The notes under the pieces: model-generated
What the model was told of the DNA's origin: nothing
Seen by the model: only the letters and a program-made list of their open reading frames with translations
The model's database searches: none
Source: Candidatus Magasanikbacteria bacterium UBA922
GTDB taxonomy: Bacteria; Patescibacteriota; Patescibacteriia; Magasanikbacterales; UBA922
Assembly: GCA_002293825.1 (NCBI GenBank)
Contig: DBDW01000011.1
Location: 9,436 to 73,435, forward strand
Reading direction: 5' to 3'
DNA length: 64,000 bases
Made by a program: the position numbers and the translations under genes
Part shown: positions 31,901-40,819 of the stretch, piece by piece
Layout: every line of letters begins with the position of its first letter
Numbering within the stretch: the stretch's first letter is position 1

Positions 31901-34153
31901 ATACCGTCCAGCAACTGCGATTCCCGAAATATGGAACAAGGTATTATCATCCTTAACACTACCGACAATGACTGGATTTTGTTTATCAGAAATACGAATA
32001 ACATGCAAACTATTAGTGTAATAACTCGTAACATACGCATATTCACCTGAAACTGCAACATTTCGTATCGCCCCTAATCGATCATCAGTAATACTACCCA
32101 CTACCGAAGGAGTAGTTTTATTAGACACATCAATAATAAAAAAACTGTTTGTGCCTTCACTTGCGACATACGCATAATTACCAGAAACCGCTACGCCACG
32201 TGCAATCGAAAACAACTGAGGATTAACAAGATTTCCAACTACTACTGGTCTTGTCTTATCAGTAACATCAACAACACCAAAGCCATTTCCAAAAACCACA
32301 TATGCGTAATTACCAACCGTATGAACAAAATATGCACCAGGAATAGAGATTTTACTAACAACTTGCGGATTAGCAGGATTGGATATGTTAACTATATGCA
32401 AAAATCCAGACTGTTGCGCAGTGACATATGCATAATTTCCAGAAACAGAGACCGAACTCGCCCCATTCAATTCAAGATTATTTTTAATCCCACCTAAAAT
32501 TTCAAGTTGAGACACCCCACCTTCCTGCGTACTAATCTCAACAGGTAGTGGAACCTCAGCAATAATCCACGAGTCATTCCAGCTCCCACCCTCACGACAC
32601 TGAGCAAGACCAGCACCGACCGATGAATCAATGGTGCCGTTTTGATTATGATCATAATCAAAACGAATCGTACCAGGAGTAGTGCCAAAATTTCGCCCTG
32701 TAATCGTAATAAAATTCCCAGGAGCACCATTCATGTACTCAACTTTTGAAATATAAGGAGTCGCTGTACAGGTACAAGAAGTAGAACCATTACACACATT
32801 ATTAGAAGCATCAAGACATTTGAGCCAGTGAGAGCAGTCAGCGTGTGTTTCACAACTACCCCCCTCTCCTCCACCACACATTCCACCCTGATCAATCTCA
32901 TCCTCATCAGGATCCAAGACACCATTAAGACACGTGGGAGGAGTGACTCTAAAGCGCACAGTGTCTGAGATGGTATTAGTATCAATATCATGTGCAACCA
33001 CTTCTACCACATACACAGGACCAACCTCAAATCGATTTTCGAGAATAGTAATTCCACGCACAACCTCAAACGGCGCAGATGAACCCAAACTCAATCGAGG
33101 ACCATCAAGATAAAATTCAGTCACTGCACTCGTATCACCTTCTTTATACACACGAATACGTGCGTACGAATTACCATGGTCATCCCGAAGCGCAGTACGA
33201 ATAGAGTACGTTCTTCCAAGAATTACTGCATGAACACCATCCCCACTATACCCATTGATAGATACGGGGTCGAGTCCAGTAAAAGAAGTGTCCGAGACTG
33301 GTTCATTTCCAGTCCTAAACTGTGCAGTTGTAGCAAAAATTCCACAGGCTGTCTCAGTCGTAAGCTCACGACCGGTACGATCTCGTAACCCTTCTCTAAT
33401 ATTAACCGTATACGTTCCCACAGGAATAGTACCTGCCACAGGTATAGCCTCGACCAAACTTCCATCCTCATCAAAAGAAAATGTAAATTCACCACTTACG
33501 TCAGTTGAACCTAATTCAGTTGTTCGTGAGATAGAAAAAATTTCACCAGGCTGTCCTGCCACTGGATTACTAAAGAGTGCACGTACCACCACATTATTCA
33601 TGCCTGTAACGTCGTTCTCAGTCGGTGCATGCGGAGTAATACTTTTTACCACAAAATTAGCATCCACACACACCTGATCAGGTGGAAAACATCCGAGAGG
33701 ATCTTGACATCCATTTCCCGATCCACCAGCACCTCCACCACTAGTACTATCAGATCCATCAATTGCTCCTTGCAATCGATTCAACACAAATGAGGTAATA
33801 GCAAACGATGACATGATGATAGCCAACCCAATACCCGCATTGATCAATAATTTTTTTGCAGTAGTAATCTTTTCCTCATTTCCACCTGCAGTCATCCAGA
33901 CAAAACCAGCATAAAGCACAATACTCACACCAATAACACCAAGGAAACCCAAAAATATATTAATAATACGAACTACCGTGATTCGCAAATCAGAAGTATC
34001 TGAGGCAGAAATTGCAATAGAATCTCCGACAGGTTGTAATCCAAAATCATCTCCAGCTTGCGCATACACCACAAAAGAACCAGAAAAAATAGTACCTGCA
34101 ATTATCAGAAAAAAGAAAAAGGCAAGAGAGAAAATTATGGAAAAACGTTTCAT
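25973..34153 (-). CDS. 2726-aa pilin-fused surface protein: VirB2/TrbC-like pilin, Ig-like and IPT/TIG domains, 7 LVIVD repeats, Cys-rich repeats, PsbP-like domain
   Basis: IINIFLGFLG...YAGFVWMTAGGNEEKI..AKK...IG; ITITGRNFG...W.D..I...VP; GNYAYV repeats; CGNG repeats. Confidence 0.85.
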   Translation of the reverse strand: MKRFSIIFSLAFFFFLIIAGTIFSGSFVVYAQAGDDFGLQPVGDSIAISASDTSDLRITVVRIINIFLGFLGVIGVSIVLYAGFVWMTAGGNEEKITTAKKLLINAGIGLAIIMSSFAITSFVLNRLQGAIDGSDSTSGGGAGGSGNGCQDPLGCFPPDQVCVDANFVVKSITPHAPTENDVTGMNNVVVRALFSNPVAGQPGEIFSISRTTELGSTDVSGEFTFSFDEDGSLVEAIPVAGTIPVGTYTVNIREGLRDRTGRELTTETACGIFATTAQFRTGNEPVSDTSFTGLDPVSINGYSGDGVHAVILGRTYSIRTALRDDHGNSYARIRVYKEGDTSAVTEFYLDGPRLSLGSSAPFEVVRGITILENRFEVGPVYVVEVVAHDIDTNTISDTVRFRVTPPTCLNGVLDPDEDEIDQGGMCGGGEGGSCETHADCSHWLKCLDASNNVCNGSTSCTCTATPYISKVEYMNGAPGNFITITGRNFGTTPGTIRFDYDHNQNGTIDSSVGAGLAQCREGGSWNDSWIIAEVPLPVEISTQEGGVSQLEILGGIKNNLELNGASSVSVSGNYAYVTAQQSGFLHIVNISNPANPQVVSKISIPGAYFVHTVGNYAYVVFGNGFGVVDVTDKTRPVVVGNLVNPQLFSIARGVAVSGNYAYVASEGTNSFFIIDVSNKTTPSVVGSITDDRLGAIRNVAVSGEYAYVTSYYTNSLHVIRISDKQNPVIVGSVKDDNTLFHISGIAVAGRYAYVTVFDRNSVAVIDVGNPVSPVIVGSLQDNTYFSGPFAISTFGTQGFVINRRGNSLAVVDFTNPQAPRIVGSVQNNVDLSQPFGVASVGKYVYVTNFSDRSFRIIDAGGIGTQFANNPAISVSDANGLSDSTNDLFGPLLGLFTYNTTQRPNLCSVTVANDRVVTLDDGRTVTSTKGSTAAPQGTTLSLEGAGFGTGQGDALFGQQNAPVSSWSTELVSADVPFGIEDRVPVYVTAQGGERSNPVPFMITSIDDLFPPVISKIEPSTTTKGSFITITGNRFGNDGTVYFTQNANTTCPGSGCFTAGELPLVCGDVWSDTSIVARVPNISEFTLGSYFVIVRRGDGVNALASSGKESVVIVDGAPAPSICRIEPTRGFAPFSDVSKPLKIIGENFVAGTTIDPVVRFWYPLAQAANPTTWLSLAYGEAYGGASIVSASANGQEIRTTIPYDPVTGYSMTTGPIKVENEAGVVSNGLDYTVLDCREDTGPKPGFHCCTEGPDQGRWKHGNFACQGIPREAGYVWRFTTGKMPRTFEVVESCKVGSVPTPSPSVMWDDPATTINEGKNQCVNSRLAITFNLPIDPSSVFFENAIRNVSIATCGGDENVINCANGSSDVTTQFVPTFSSDDTIFFDLRDSEQRLLPNTWYRVALSSDVTSLRGGTEFGQLVSNRDPLAKTKSCELGGREWAYCFDFRTGPADFMCTLTDALLNPSLRTTKFLGIVQDPRYGLNQDLNAVFNIDAVVPLTYTVVGTSNLLCTVINVDDKPWVWGPTTNAPATAAQKSGAPNSHGYATAWQYSPTGSDIEAQIIENDETIVATSTLVIDLGNPYAKSVWPLCLEACVNAEIGIEFSQYMNIGDFTPVNITLRKCADESCNPATLGPQLKLDINVGSQSASYFRAYPDVPLEKNSWYLVQMGSGIRSIGGVVSNNPEGVTEVRFGNSAESKQWKFKTKDSAQLCLADSVRVEPDPFTATFIGQAKIYRAQPIGSPDSCSPQGQLLNPWQFGWDWSVANQSVAKVSEFSFSGSPKNTCTIGCTPAGSDIARAIAPYPICGNGIVELGEDCDIARAGEIPGSSCNFSCLRPGNTSMGADGMRVPNTGTGLLQCGNGVVDVSVGEECDPASAPEGLSGFCSNTCLYTGSSQELTENTIIPVCMSGQVGYGEDCEIDNSNGTNYCSVQCLNRGTQLSQQWCDGYLRNPNDPRYQNVNRIQVQQVCGTALSVCGNGIIEQGEECEQDVDGKDTCSDRCLVQNACDTAAAQCQAGAPGCLSDCTFAGSSITYINPSVCADGITGIGEYRNFDDEVLSCESEPDDRRITLGDNPVQVVTSVGGVSDTGTEVVGLLQTEVVAQTSRFLESGLAATDITPVSGNADYYLRCGYTEYTENRGGIYNDCPSNPGNVLGVGRNSCCVERPIRVSEYPAANAGIAPGTAPVCRNTYVEVEFNQNIPIEYAQDNIELVQGYPQGYECSSHGGTNVTLAMNELLDRTTEVSESIWVRAWSHIKNFFARLIRVTVFASEPNQEVPADLVWCTANIPFELKASYSDDGSTRVSVYPTKLLDGDRYVSVLLNGGTEGIRNSLGVSIKSPFTSSLSDQWMFKTSEQVCKISHITVDPEESLYTIPNSSKDFIAYAISNFAEQKIVSVTGTYQWEWAWGPNNDQLFDIPATSTAYNRITSKGFKGHTDGVVTARVTVDTSTENNQQGRTHSSIISLDALFCQRPWPAGNVTLSEDVAFVDTLFRDTKYNFSFSYCADKGNPLTVTDDLPFFNSIEVVTDPAELGAISDMDMPDALRRYLFFSQTTNDVVGIQIFANPVARDGSRKTIEEWYTDRFGSTVGMTKTTVGGYPALISQTSVYVNAYNIEDDSIYNNIYLFTIDANAGGDTRAVFEQLLGSLVFNTNLTNFGRCLQEGNQYTVRDTPEAITNLACVTDFDCRNNDGFPKTGTNGICSNAATKFMRDIQRLEQLQSAQDRTDQQFN

Positions 34154-34165
34154 AGTAAAATAATA

Positions 34166-36406
34166 TCAATAAGAAGAGGGGCTTCGATCTCTAGTACGAA
34201 GCATGTTCAAACATTCAGCAATATTAGAAGACGACTGTTCAGACGCACCCGGATCATACACACATGCCGTATCCATCTCAGGATCATCAGAGCTCACCTC
34301 AGCACACCCCACACCCTCGACATAATTACCCTCAGCATCAAAAACAGCAGTACAAGTAGAAGGGGTCTCGGGCGTAGTAAGAATATTTGCAGAAGGCCCT
34401 CGTCCAGGATAGAGACAATTTTGATTAACACTCTTTACAGTACTTGGAATAGAAGGTAAATAGTACAGATCAAGATTGTTCGGACCAAAATCACGATGGC
34501 TAATACGTGTCAATGTAGTATCGCCCCCAAACTCAGAATTAATCCAATATGCAATTGGAGGTAATTTTTTTTCATCCGCACACACGTTTGTGCCATCTCC
34601 ATCACTATCGATCGCAGCATCAGCACACACACCCGCAGGATATTCTTCAAGTGCAATTCCTGATGACGAACCATACCCTGACACACTATGGGCAATCATG
34701 CGTTTACTAAATTTGATATACATAGGAGCATCAGAAGAAATATCTTCAGCAGCTGCACCAGGAGTAATTTCTTGGACATAAGGCACACTTCGATCAATCG
34801 TATTTTCGACCAAAAAACCCCATGAATAATTATCAGGTGCTTTTTCAGTATTTCTAATAATCACAGAAGTTTGTGGATCGGGACGAACCAATCGATTAGT
34901 CGCAGCATTATTAGAAACATTATCAAGACCGTTAAAAGCAAGATCATAGATACCAGAAAATGGAACTGCTTCAAACGGAGCATCACTATTATTCGTAGAA
35001 ACCCCTGTTCTCAACAATACTTCATACGGATTCGTACATGCAGGACCCTGACACGAAACCGGCAGACAAAACATTTGCTCGCCACAACTATTCACTCCAC
35101 AAGCTTCTCCAGACACAAACTCAAGTGTTCTGTAACCATTTGATAATCTCCATGATCCTGGAGGAGAAACTCTATTTTCTGCAAAAACCTGATTTACTGG
35201 AGTAAAGGTGGAAAGTGTAGTTGCAGTTATCACAGACTCAGCAACCGTAGGGTCTATAGGCTCACTAAAAGTAATTTGAAGAATAGTATTTCGAGAAGTA
35301 GTCGCGCTTGCTCGAGGATAGACATCGACAACAGTAGGAGGATCAACATCGATAAAATTACCGGTGGTAAAATTCCATGTATACGGAACTCCATTACTAA
35401 AAATACTCTGATTCTGATCTGAGCGCACGATTGAAGTATTAAGACGCACTCGATACTGCACATCTTCAGTAGAAGATCCCAAATATTGATGAGGCTTAAA
35501 CACAAATGAAAACACGTTCCGCTCACTCGTGTATGTAGCAAGCGCAGCACTCGATACCCCAAGTGTATCAACAGTACTTGAGGTAAAATTTGATTCTGTA
35601 TCAATAGTAACCGCACTAGTTTTCAATTGATCACATTCAGCAGTTTTCGTATCTAGAATCCCATCACGATTGAGGTCTGCACAATCACCGAGATATGGAC
35701 GTGCTATCTCTTCAACAGGGGTCGCACTAGTCACTGGTACATCAGTAAGATCAACACATGTGGTAGTAGGTCCCATAAAATTAGCATCCCAGCATGTTCG
35801 ATTGGAATTTTCAATAATACTCAATGGATTGATTGGTAGACCAAACGTAACCACAATACTCGTATTACGAGCAACATTGAGCTGATTGCGAAGCGGATAA
35901 TGATCTTTTACCGATCGACCAAGTGCACCACTAAATGCATATGTTTGTACAGGAGGTGGAGATGAAGCAGATGGCGGAGTATATGTTTCTTGACCAGTAA
36001 GTGATCGCAAAATAAAACTAGTAATAACAAAAGCAGACATGATAATCGCAAGACCAATCACCCCATTGATCAACATTTTTTTTGCACTACTAATCTGCTC
36101 TTCATTTCCACGAGAAGTCATCCATAAATATCCCGCATATAACACAATAGACACTGCAACCAACCCTAAAAATCCTAAAAAGAAATTTATAATTCTCACC
36201 ACTAGAACACGCAAGTCCGCATTTGGATTAGCAGGAATATTGATATTCTCACCAACCCCAACAACCCCAAAATCATCCTGCTGTGCATGTGCCAACAGTG
36301 CGCTCCCAAAAAATAAAAAGCAGGCTAAAAACACAAAAGCGACCATACGACGAAATCGCATAGTAGCTTGCGTGTGTGTAGCTTGTGATCGAGTCTTCGG
36401 GAGCAT
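34166..36406 (-). CDS. VirB2/TrbC-like pilin fused to three Ig-like (Big_5-type) domains
   Basis: YAGYLWMTSRGNEEQISSAKK; repeated P...V.RN..I..TF..PIDP modules. Confidence 0.8.
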   Translation of the reverse strand: MLPKTRSQATHTQATMRFRRMVAFVFLACFLFFGSALLAHAQQDDFGVVGVGENINIPANPNADLRVLVVRIINFFLGFLGLVAVSIVLYAGYLWMTSRGNEEQISSAKKMLINGVIGLAIIMSAFVITSFILRSLTGQETYTPPSASSPPPVQTYAFSGALGRSVKDHYPLRNQLNVARNTSIVVTFGLPINPLSIIENSNRTCWDANFMGPTTTCVDLTDVPVTSATPVEEIARPYLGDCADLNRDGILDTKTAECDQLKTSAVTIDTESNFTSSTVDTLGVSSAALATYTSERNVFSFVFKPHQYLGSSTEDVQYRVRLNTSIVRSDQNQSIFSNGVPYTWNFTTGNFIDVDPPTVVDVYPRASATTSRNTILQITFSEPIDPTVAESVITATTLSTFTPVNQVFAENRVSPPGSWRLSNGYRTLEFVSGEACGVNSCGEQMFCLPVSCQGPACTNPYEVLLRTGVSTNNSDAPFEAVPFSGIYDLAFNGLDNVSNNAATNRLVRPDPQTSVIIRNTEKAPDNYSWGFLVENTIDRSVPYVQEITPGAAAEDISSDAPMYIKFSKRMIAHSVSGYGSSSGIALEEYPAGVCADAAIDSDGDGTNVCADEKKLPPIAYWINSEFGGDTTLTRISHRDFGPNNLDLYYLPSIPSTVKSVNQNCLYPGRGPSANILTTPETPSTCTAVFDAEGNYVEGVGCAEVSSDDPEMDTACVYDPGASEQSSSNIAECLNMLRTRDRSPSSY

Positions 36407-36432
36407 GGGAAAACCGAATAACTCACACTGAA

Positions 36433-36888
36433 TTAAGCTGATGGCAATAGTTTCTTTACAATTGACTGTATGAGCGTTCCATCTGCACGCCCTGCAACTT
36501 GTTTGACTACCAAGCCCATTACACGTCCAAAATCTTTCTGACTGGTAGCTTGTGTTTGTTCAATTATCTGTTTTACAATTTGTTCAACCTCTGATTCATC
36601 CATCATGCGAGGAAGATACTGAGTCACGAACGTGATCTCAGTCTCTGCTGCTTCAATAAGATCAGTTCTTCCAGCTTTTTCAAAATCAATAATTGCATCT
36701 TTCTGCTGTTTGATAAATCTGCGCATTACTGAAAAAACTTCTTCATCTGTCAAACCGTCTCGCTTCATAAGATTGATTTCCTCATTCTTAATCTGCGATA
36801 ACAACATCTGAATAGTACCAAGCATTACCTGGTTTTTTTCTTTACGCGCACGAAGCTGATCATGTTGCAATGTCTGGATAATTGACAT
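36433..36888 (-). CDS. yqeY: GatB/YqeY domain protein
   Basis: F..AGR.DL...E......YLP and DFGRVMG...ADG; follows rpsU. Confidence 0.9.
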   Translation of the reverse strand: MSIIQTLQHDQLRARKEKNQVMLGTIQMLLSQIKNEEINLMKRDGLTDEEVFSVMRRFIKQQKDAIIDFEKAGRTDLIEAAETEITFVTQYLPRMMDESEVEQIVKQIIEQTQATSQKDFGRVMGLVVKQVAGRADGTLIQSIVKKLLPSA

Positions 36889-36896
36889 ACAAAAAA

Positions 36897-37154
36897 TTAG
36901 CGTTTTTGTGTTCGTTTGTTCAATTTATTTAACTCTTCTTGCGGAAGTTTGCCGGTTTTACGCAAGTATTCTGTTTTTGCTTGCTTTTTGGCATAATTAA
37001 CCGCTTGCGTACGCTTCACGTTATCACTTTTCTTTGGCACAAAATATTGTTTTTTTCGTGCCTCAAGCAATTTTCCTGAGCGCTGCCATTGTTGTTTCAC
37101 ACGGCGCATGAATCCTTCAAAAGATTCATTTTTTTTGCGTTTTAATTCTGACAC
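36897..37154 (-). CDS. rpsU: 30S ribosomal protein bS21 (divergent)
   Basis: KRKKNESFE.FMRR...SG.L.EARKKQYF; GGAGG RBS with GTG start; rpsU-yqeY synteny. Confidence 0.85.
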   Translation of the reverse strand: MSELKRKKNESFEGFMRRVKQQWQRSGKLLEARKKQYFVPKKSDNVKRTQAVNYAKKQAKTEYLRKTGKLPQEELNKLNKRTQKR

Positions 37155-37229
37155 AGGTGTTCACCTCCCGAGGTGATTAATAATAAAGTGTTTTAGCTAA
37201 GGATACACAAAAAAAACAAAAAAGTCAAA

Positions 37230-38663
37230 TTATATCCCCAACAACTTCTTCACAACCGTCTCGATCTTCTTTTGGTCGACAATTTCTTGAATACCTGATT
37301 CCATATTACGAGTAATAATCGTACCATCCTGAACCTCTTTTTGCCCCAAAATAAGTGTATAGGTAGCACCTACTTTATGTGCAAGCTCAAGCTGTGCCTT
37401 AATTGAGGACTTTGCAAGATTATGAGAAACTACAATACCAGCACGACGCAAACGTTCGATAAGCAATAACGCGCGTTTACGTGCCTGTTCACCCAATTGA
37501 GCAAAAAATACCTGTTGTTTTTCTGCGGTGTCAACAAACGTTCCGTTTTTTCGAGCCTCTTCCTCTTTTCGCTTAAGTGCGAGAAGTATGCGCTCCACCC
37601 CAAGAGAAAATCCTGCTGCAGGAGTCGATTGTCCTCCTAGCTGCGCAACGAGACCGTTATATCTACCACCTCCACCAAGAGAACCTTGTTGCGTCTCAGG
37701 AACTCCTTCTTCAACAAACTCAAATACGGTGTCAGTATAATAATCAAGTCCTCGTACAAGCGTAGGGGTAAGCACGTACGGAATCTCAACCTCATCAAGA
37801 TACTCAAGTACTGACATAAAAAACTTTTTTGAAGGTTCAGAAAGCCAATCCACAATTTGTGGCGCATCCTCAATCACCGCTCGATCTTGCTCATCTTTTG
37901 AATCAAGAATTCTTAGTGGGTTCTTCTGAAGTCGTTTTTTTGACTCTTCACTGAGATAACTACGCTTACTTTTCAAGTACCCCACAAGTTCTACGAGATA
38001 ATTTTCTCGATCTTCAGGTGTTCCAATACTATTAATACGCACTGACGCTTCAATGCCAAGATCTCGAAGAGTGTTATATGCTACAGAAATCAACTCAGCA
38101 TCTACTACCGGAGAATGCTCACCCAATGTCTCACAACTAAATTGATGAAACATACGATAACGCCCTGCTTGCGGACGATCATGTCTAAACATTGACCCCC
38201 ATGACCACATTTTTACTGGCTGTGGCATGGTATGCATGCCTTGATTGATATACATGCGAGCAATTGGCGCAGTTCCTTCGGGACGAAGACACACTTTTGA
38301 TCCATCTTTATCATCAAACGTATACATCTCTTTATCGACCACATCAGTACCCTTCCCTATTGAACGCACAAAAAGTGAAGTCTGCTCAACAATTGGTGTT
38401 TCGACATATGAAAAACCATAGGCCCGAGCCACAGACTCAGACACGCGGTATACCCGTTGAAACATTCGCCCTTCTTTACCAAACACATCCTTCATTCCTC
38501 GAAGTGTTGCATATGGAGTATTCTTGTGCGACTCTTTATCTTCATCTTTAATTTTTGTAGTTGAAACAACTTTTTTAGAAACAACAGGTCGAGACGTTTT
38601 TAATAACGCTTTCTGTTTTGTTTTCAACGAAGGTGTCTTTTTGGCATTCTTTTTTGGAGGCAT
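37230..38663 (-). CDS. hisS: Histidine--tRNA ligase with a Lys-rich N-terminal extension
   Basis: LRPEGTA, FRHDRPQAGRYR, LVRGLDYY, GGGRY. Confidence 0.98.
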   Translation of the reverse strand: MPPKKNAKKTPSLKTKQKALLKTSRPVVSKKVVSTTKIKDEDKESHKNTPYATLRGMKDVFGKEGRMFQRVYRVSESVARAYGFSYVETPIVEQTSLFVRSIGKGTDVVDKEMYTFDDKDGSKVCLRPEGTAPIARMYINQGMHTMPQPVKMWSWGSMFRHDRPQAGRYRMFHQFSCETLGEHSPVVDAELISVAYNTLRDLGIEASVRINSIGTPEDRENYLVELVGYLKSKRSYLSEESKKRLQKNPLRILDSKDEQDRAVIEDAPQIVDWLSEPSKKFFMSVLEYLDEVEIPYVLTPTLVRGLDYYTDTVFEFVEEGVPETQQGSLGGGGRYNGLVAQLGGQSTPAAGFSLGVERILLALKRKEEEARKNGTFVDTAEKQQVFFAQLGEQARKRALLLIERLRRAGIVVSHNLAKSSIKAQLELAHKVGATYTLILGQKEVQDGTIITRNMESGIQEIVDQKKIETVVKKLLGI

Positions 38664-38689
38664 ACACTGAAATGGTACAATAATTAAAT

Positions 38690-39325
38690 CTAAGATTGAG
38701 TAGTGGAAACCCCAGTCATATATTCAGGATGTTCAAACGTAGAAATACGACTAAATGGCCACCCACGAAACCATACTCGCCCAACAATATATTCTTCCTT
38801 AATTGCCCCAAAACGTCGAGAGTCGAAACTCGCATCACGATTATCTCCTAGGACAAAATATTCATCAGGACCGAGCGTAGTGGACAAAGAACCTGGTGTT
38901 TCTTCGACAAGATATGATTCAGAAAGAACCCATCCACGAGGATTTTCTTCGTTATAAATAATCACCTTATTATTCTCAACCTTAATCCGCTCTCCAGGTA
39001 ATGCAATAATACGCTTGAGATAATAATCAGTGTTAATCGGTGATTTAAATACTACCACTTCTCCACGTTGTGGAGTGCGCATACGATAACTAATTTCATC
39101 AATAATCAAATAATCTTTTTCATGAAACGTGGGCTCCATCGACTGTCCTTTTACATAAAATGGCTTAAAAAGAAAGTACCGAACCAAACCAATCGTAATT
39201 CCCGCTAAAATCGAAATCTTAATAATTTCAAGAAAAAAAAGCGCGATCTTACTCAGCAACCCCTTCTCATGTACATCATCATTAAAATTCTCAGTAGACT
39301 GAAAATTTTGATTAAACTCGGCCAT
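38690..39325 (-). CDS. lepB: Signal peptidase I
   Basis: GQSMEPT, YLKRII.LPGE, GDNR..SFDSR. Confidence 0.96.
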   Translation of the reverse strand: MAEFNQNFQSTENFNDDVHEKGLLSKIALFFLEIIKISILAGITIGLVRYFLFKPFYVKGQSMEPTFHEKDYLIIDEISYRMRTPQRGEVVVFKSPINTDYYLKRIIALPGERIKVENNKVIIYNEENPRGWVLSESYLVEETPGSLSTTLGPDEYFVLGDNRDASFDSRRFGAIKEEYIVGRVWFRGWPFSRISTFEHPEYMTGVSTTQS

Positions 39326-39478
39326 AGATGATAAATAATACTACAATATAAAAGCAGAGGTTAGTATACCTATTTTTGAGAAAAAAGCAAATATAATACC
39401 ACACTCATACGCAGATATAAAAAAAGATCACTCACGCGACCATGCCAATTTTCCTATATATTTCTACCAAATCAATTG

Positions 39479-39552
39479 TGGGCATGCCTGGAATCGAACC
39501 GGGGACCTCGTCATTATCAGTGACGCGCTCTAGCCAACTGAGCTACATGCCC
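39479..39552 (-). tRNA. tRNA-Ile (GAT)
   Basis: Cloverleaf with CGTCA-CTGATAA-TGACG anticodon arm. Confidence 0.97.
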
Positions 39553-39683
39553 TTTATGGTAACACTTTTAACTTCGACAGTATACCAAAAAATATTTTTT
39601 TTGCAAGTCTACGCAGATCCAAGAGGATCCAAAGAGTGAGTTCCCTCTCTCCCTCGATTAAACTGGCAATAAAACATCTTCCG

Positions 39684-39757
39684 TGGTCGTTAGTGGATTC
39701 GAACCACTGACCTTCACAATGTCAATGTGACGCTCTAACCAACTGAGCTAAACGACC
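39684..39757 (-). tRNA. tRNA-Val (GAC)
   Basis: Cloverleaf with TCACA-TTGACAT-TGTGA anticodon arm. Confidence 0.97.
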
Positions 39758-39902
39758 GTAATCGTATAATAATATAATAAAATCAAAAACAGCCTACTGA
39801 ATTATGAATTCACACCGTTCTCAATCCACTTTTCTATAACACAGAAAAATTATAAGTGGCAAAAACTATACGATATATACACAAAAAAGTCAACAAGATA
39901 CT

Positions 39903-39932
39903 AAAACTCCCTACCATAAGCAGGGAGTTTTT
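39903..39932 (-). terminator. khpA terminator
   Basis: AAAACTCCCT...AGGGAGTTTT hairpin. Confidence 0.7.
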
Positions 39933-39959
39933 ATTTCTGGACACTCTTGAAAATAGTAC

Positions 39960-40304
39960 TTAAATACCCAAATCATCAATTGCACTTGTGTCAACATCAT
40001 CAAGTGAAGAAGATGATGTACTATGTGAATCTTCAGAGCGGTGTCGTCGTCCACCTTCTGGTTCATTGATCTTGAGATTAACGAGTGCATTATTCTTCGC
40101 ACCTACTACTTTGAGTAGTGTACGAATCGCTCGAACAGTGTTACCACGTCGACCGATCACATATCCAATATCAGTTGGTTCTACGTCGAGGGTAATGAGG
40201 ACTCCGCGTTCATCTACGGTGCGGGTTACTTTTACTTTATCTGGATGATTGACGATCGCTTTGATTACAAACTCAATAAATACTTGGTCCTGATGTTCTG
40301 CCAT
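39960..40304 (-). CDS. khpA: KH-domain RNA-binding protein KhpA
   Basis: DIGYVIGRRG.T.RAIRTLL GxxG loop; follows rpsP; start MAEHQD. Confidence 0.93.
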   Translation of the reverse strand: MAEHQDQVFIEFVIKAIVNHPDKVKVTRTVDERGVLITLDVEPTDIGYVIGRRGNTVRAIRTLLKVVGAKNNALVNLKINEPEGGRRHRSEDSHSTSSSSLDDVDTSAIDDLGI

Positions 40305-40438
40305 ATCATGAATAAAATTAACAAAAAATAAATAAAATAAAGAGAACCGTCGACTCCTGAGCAATTCCCAGGCAATTCCCGCATAGAATCCTACCAAAAT
40401 ACAGCACACGCGTCAATAAAAATCACCCTACTATCCAC

Positions 40439-40476
40439 AAAAAAATCCTGTACCAGAGAGTACGGTACAGGATTTT
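40439..40476 (-). terminator. rpsP terminator
   Basis: AAAATCCTGTACC-N9-GGTACAGGATTTT. Confidence 0.75.
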
Positions 40477-40495
40477 GATATGCACAACATGCGTA

Positions 40496-40819
40496 TTACG
40501 CTGCTGGTGCTTCAGTAGCTTTTGCAGCTTCGATTTTTTCTCGGCGTTTTTTAGTAAGACTTACCGAGAGTTTTTTCTTTTCCTTGATGATTCCATTCTT
40601 CACAAACAAGTTATGTACAGTATCAGACATTTGTGAACCTTTCGAAATCCAGTACAATACTCGTTCCTGATCAACATCAAATTTCTTTTCTCCCAATGGG
40701 TTATATGAACCCAAAATTTCAAGGTTTCGAGCCTGGGTATCTCTTCCTTTTTCAGAAATAATCACGCGATAACTTGGTCGCTTGTTCTTTCCGATTCTCT
40801 GTAGACGAATAGTCAGCAT
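40496..40819 (-). CDS. rpsP: 30S ribosomal protein S16
   Basis: MLTIRLQRIG....P.YR...E.LGSYNP...YW...G.Q.SDTV. Confidence 0.98.
   Translation of the reverse strand: MLTIRLQRIGKNKRPSYRVIISEKGRDTQARNLEILGSYNPLGEKKFDVDQERVLYWISKGSQMSDTVHNLFVKNGIIKEKKKLSVSLTKKRREKIEAAKATEAPAA

Noticed and set aside
39442-39639. 65-aa plus-strand ORF
   Set aside because: Antisense to tRNA-Ile
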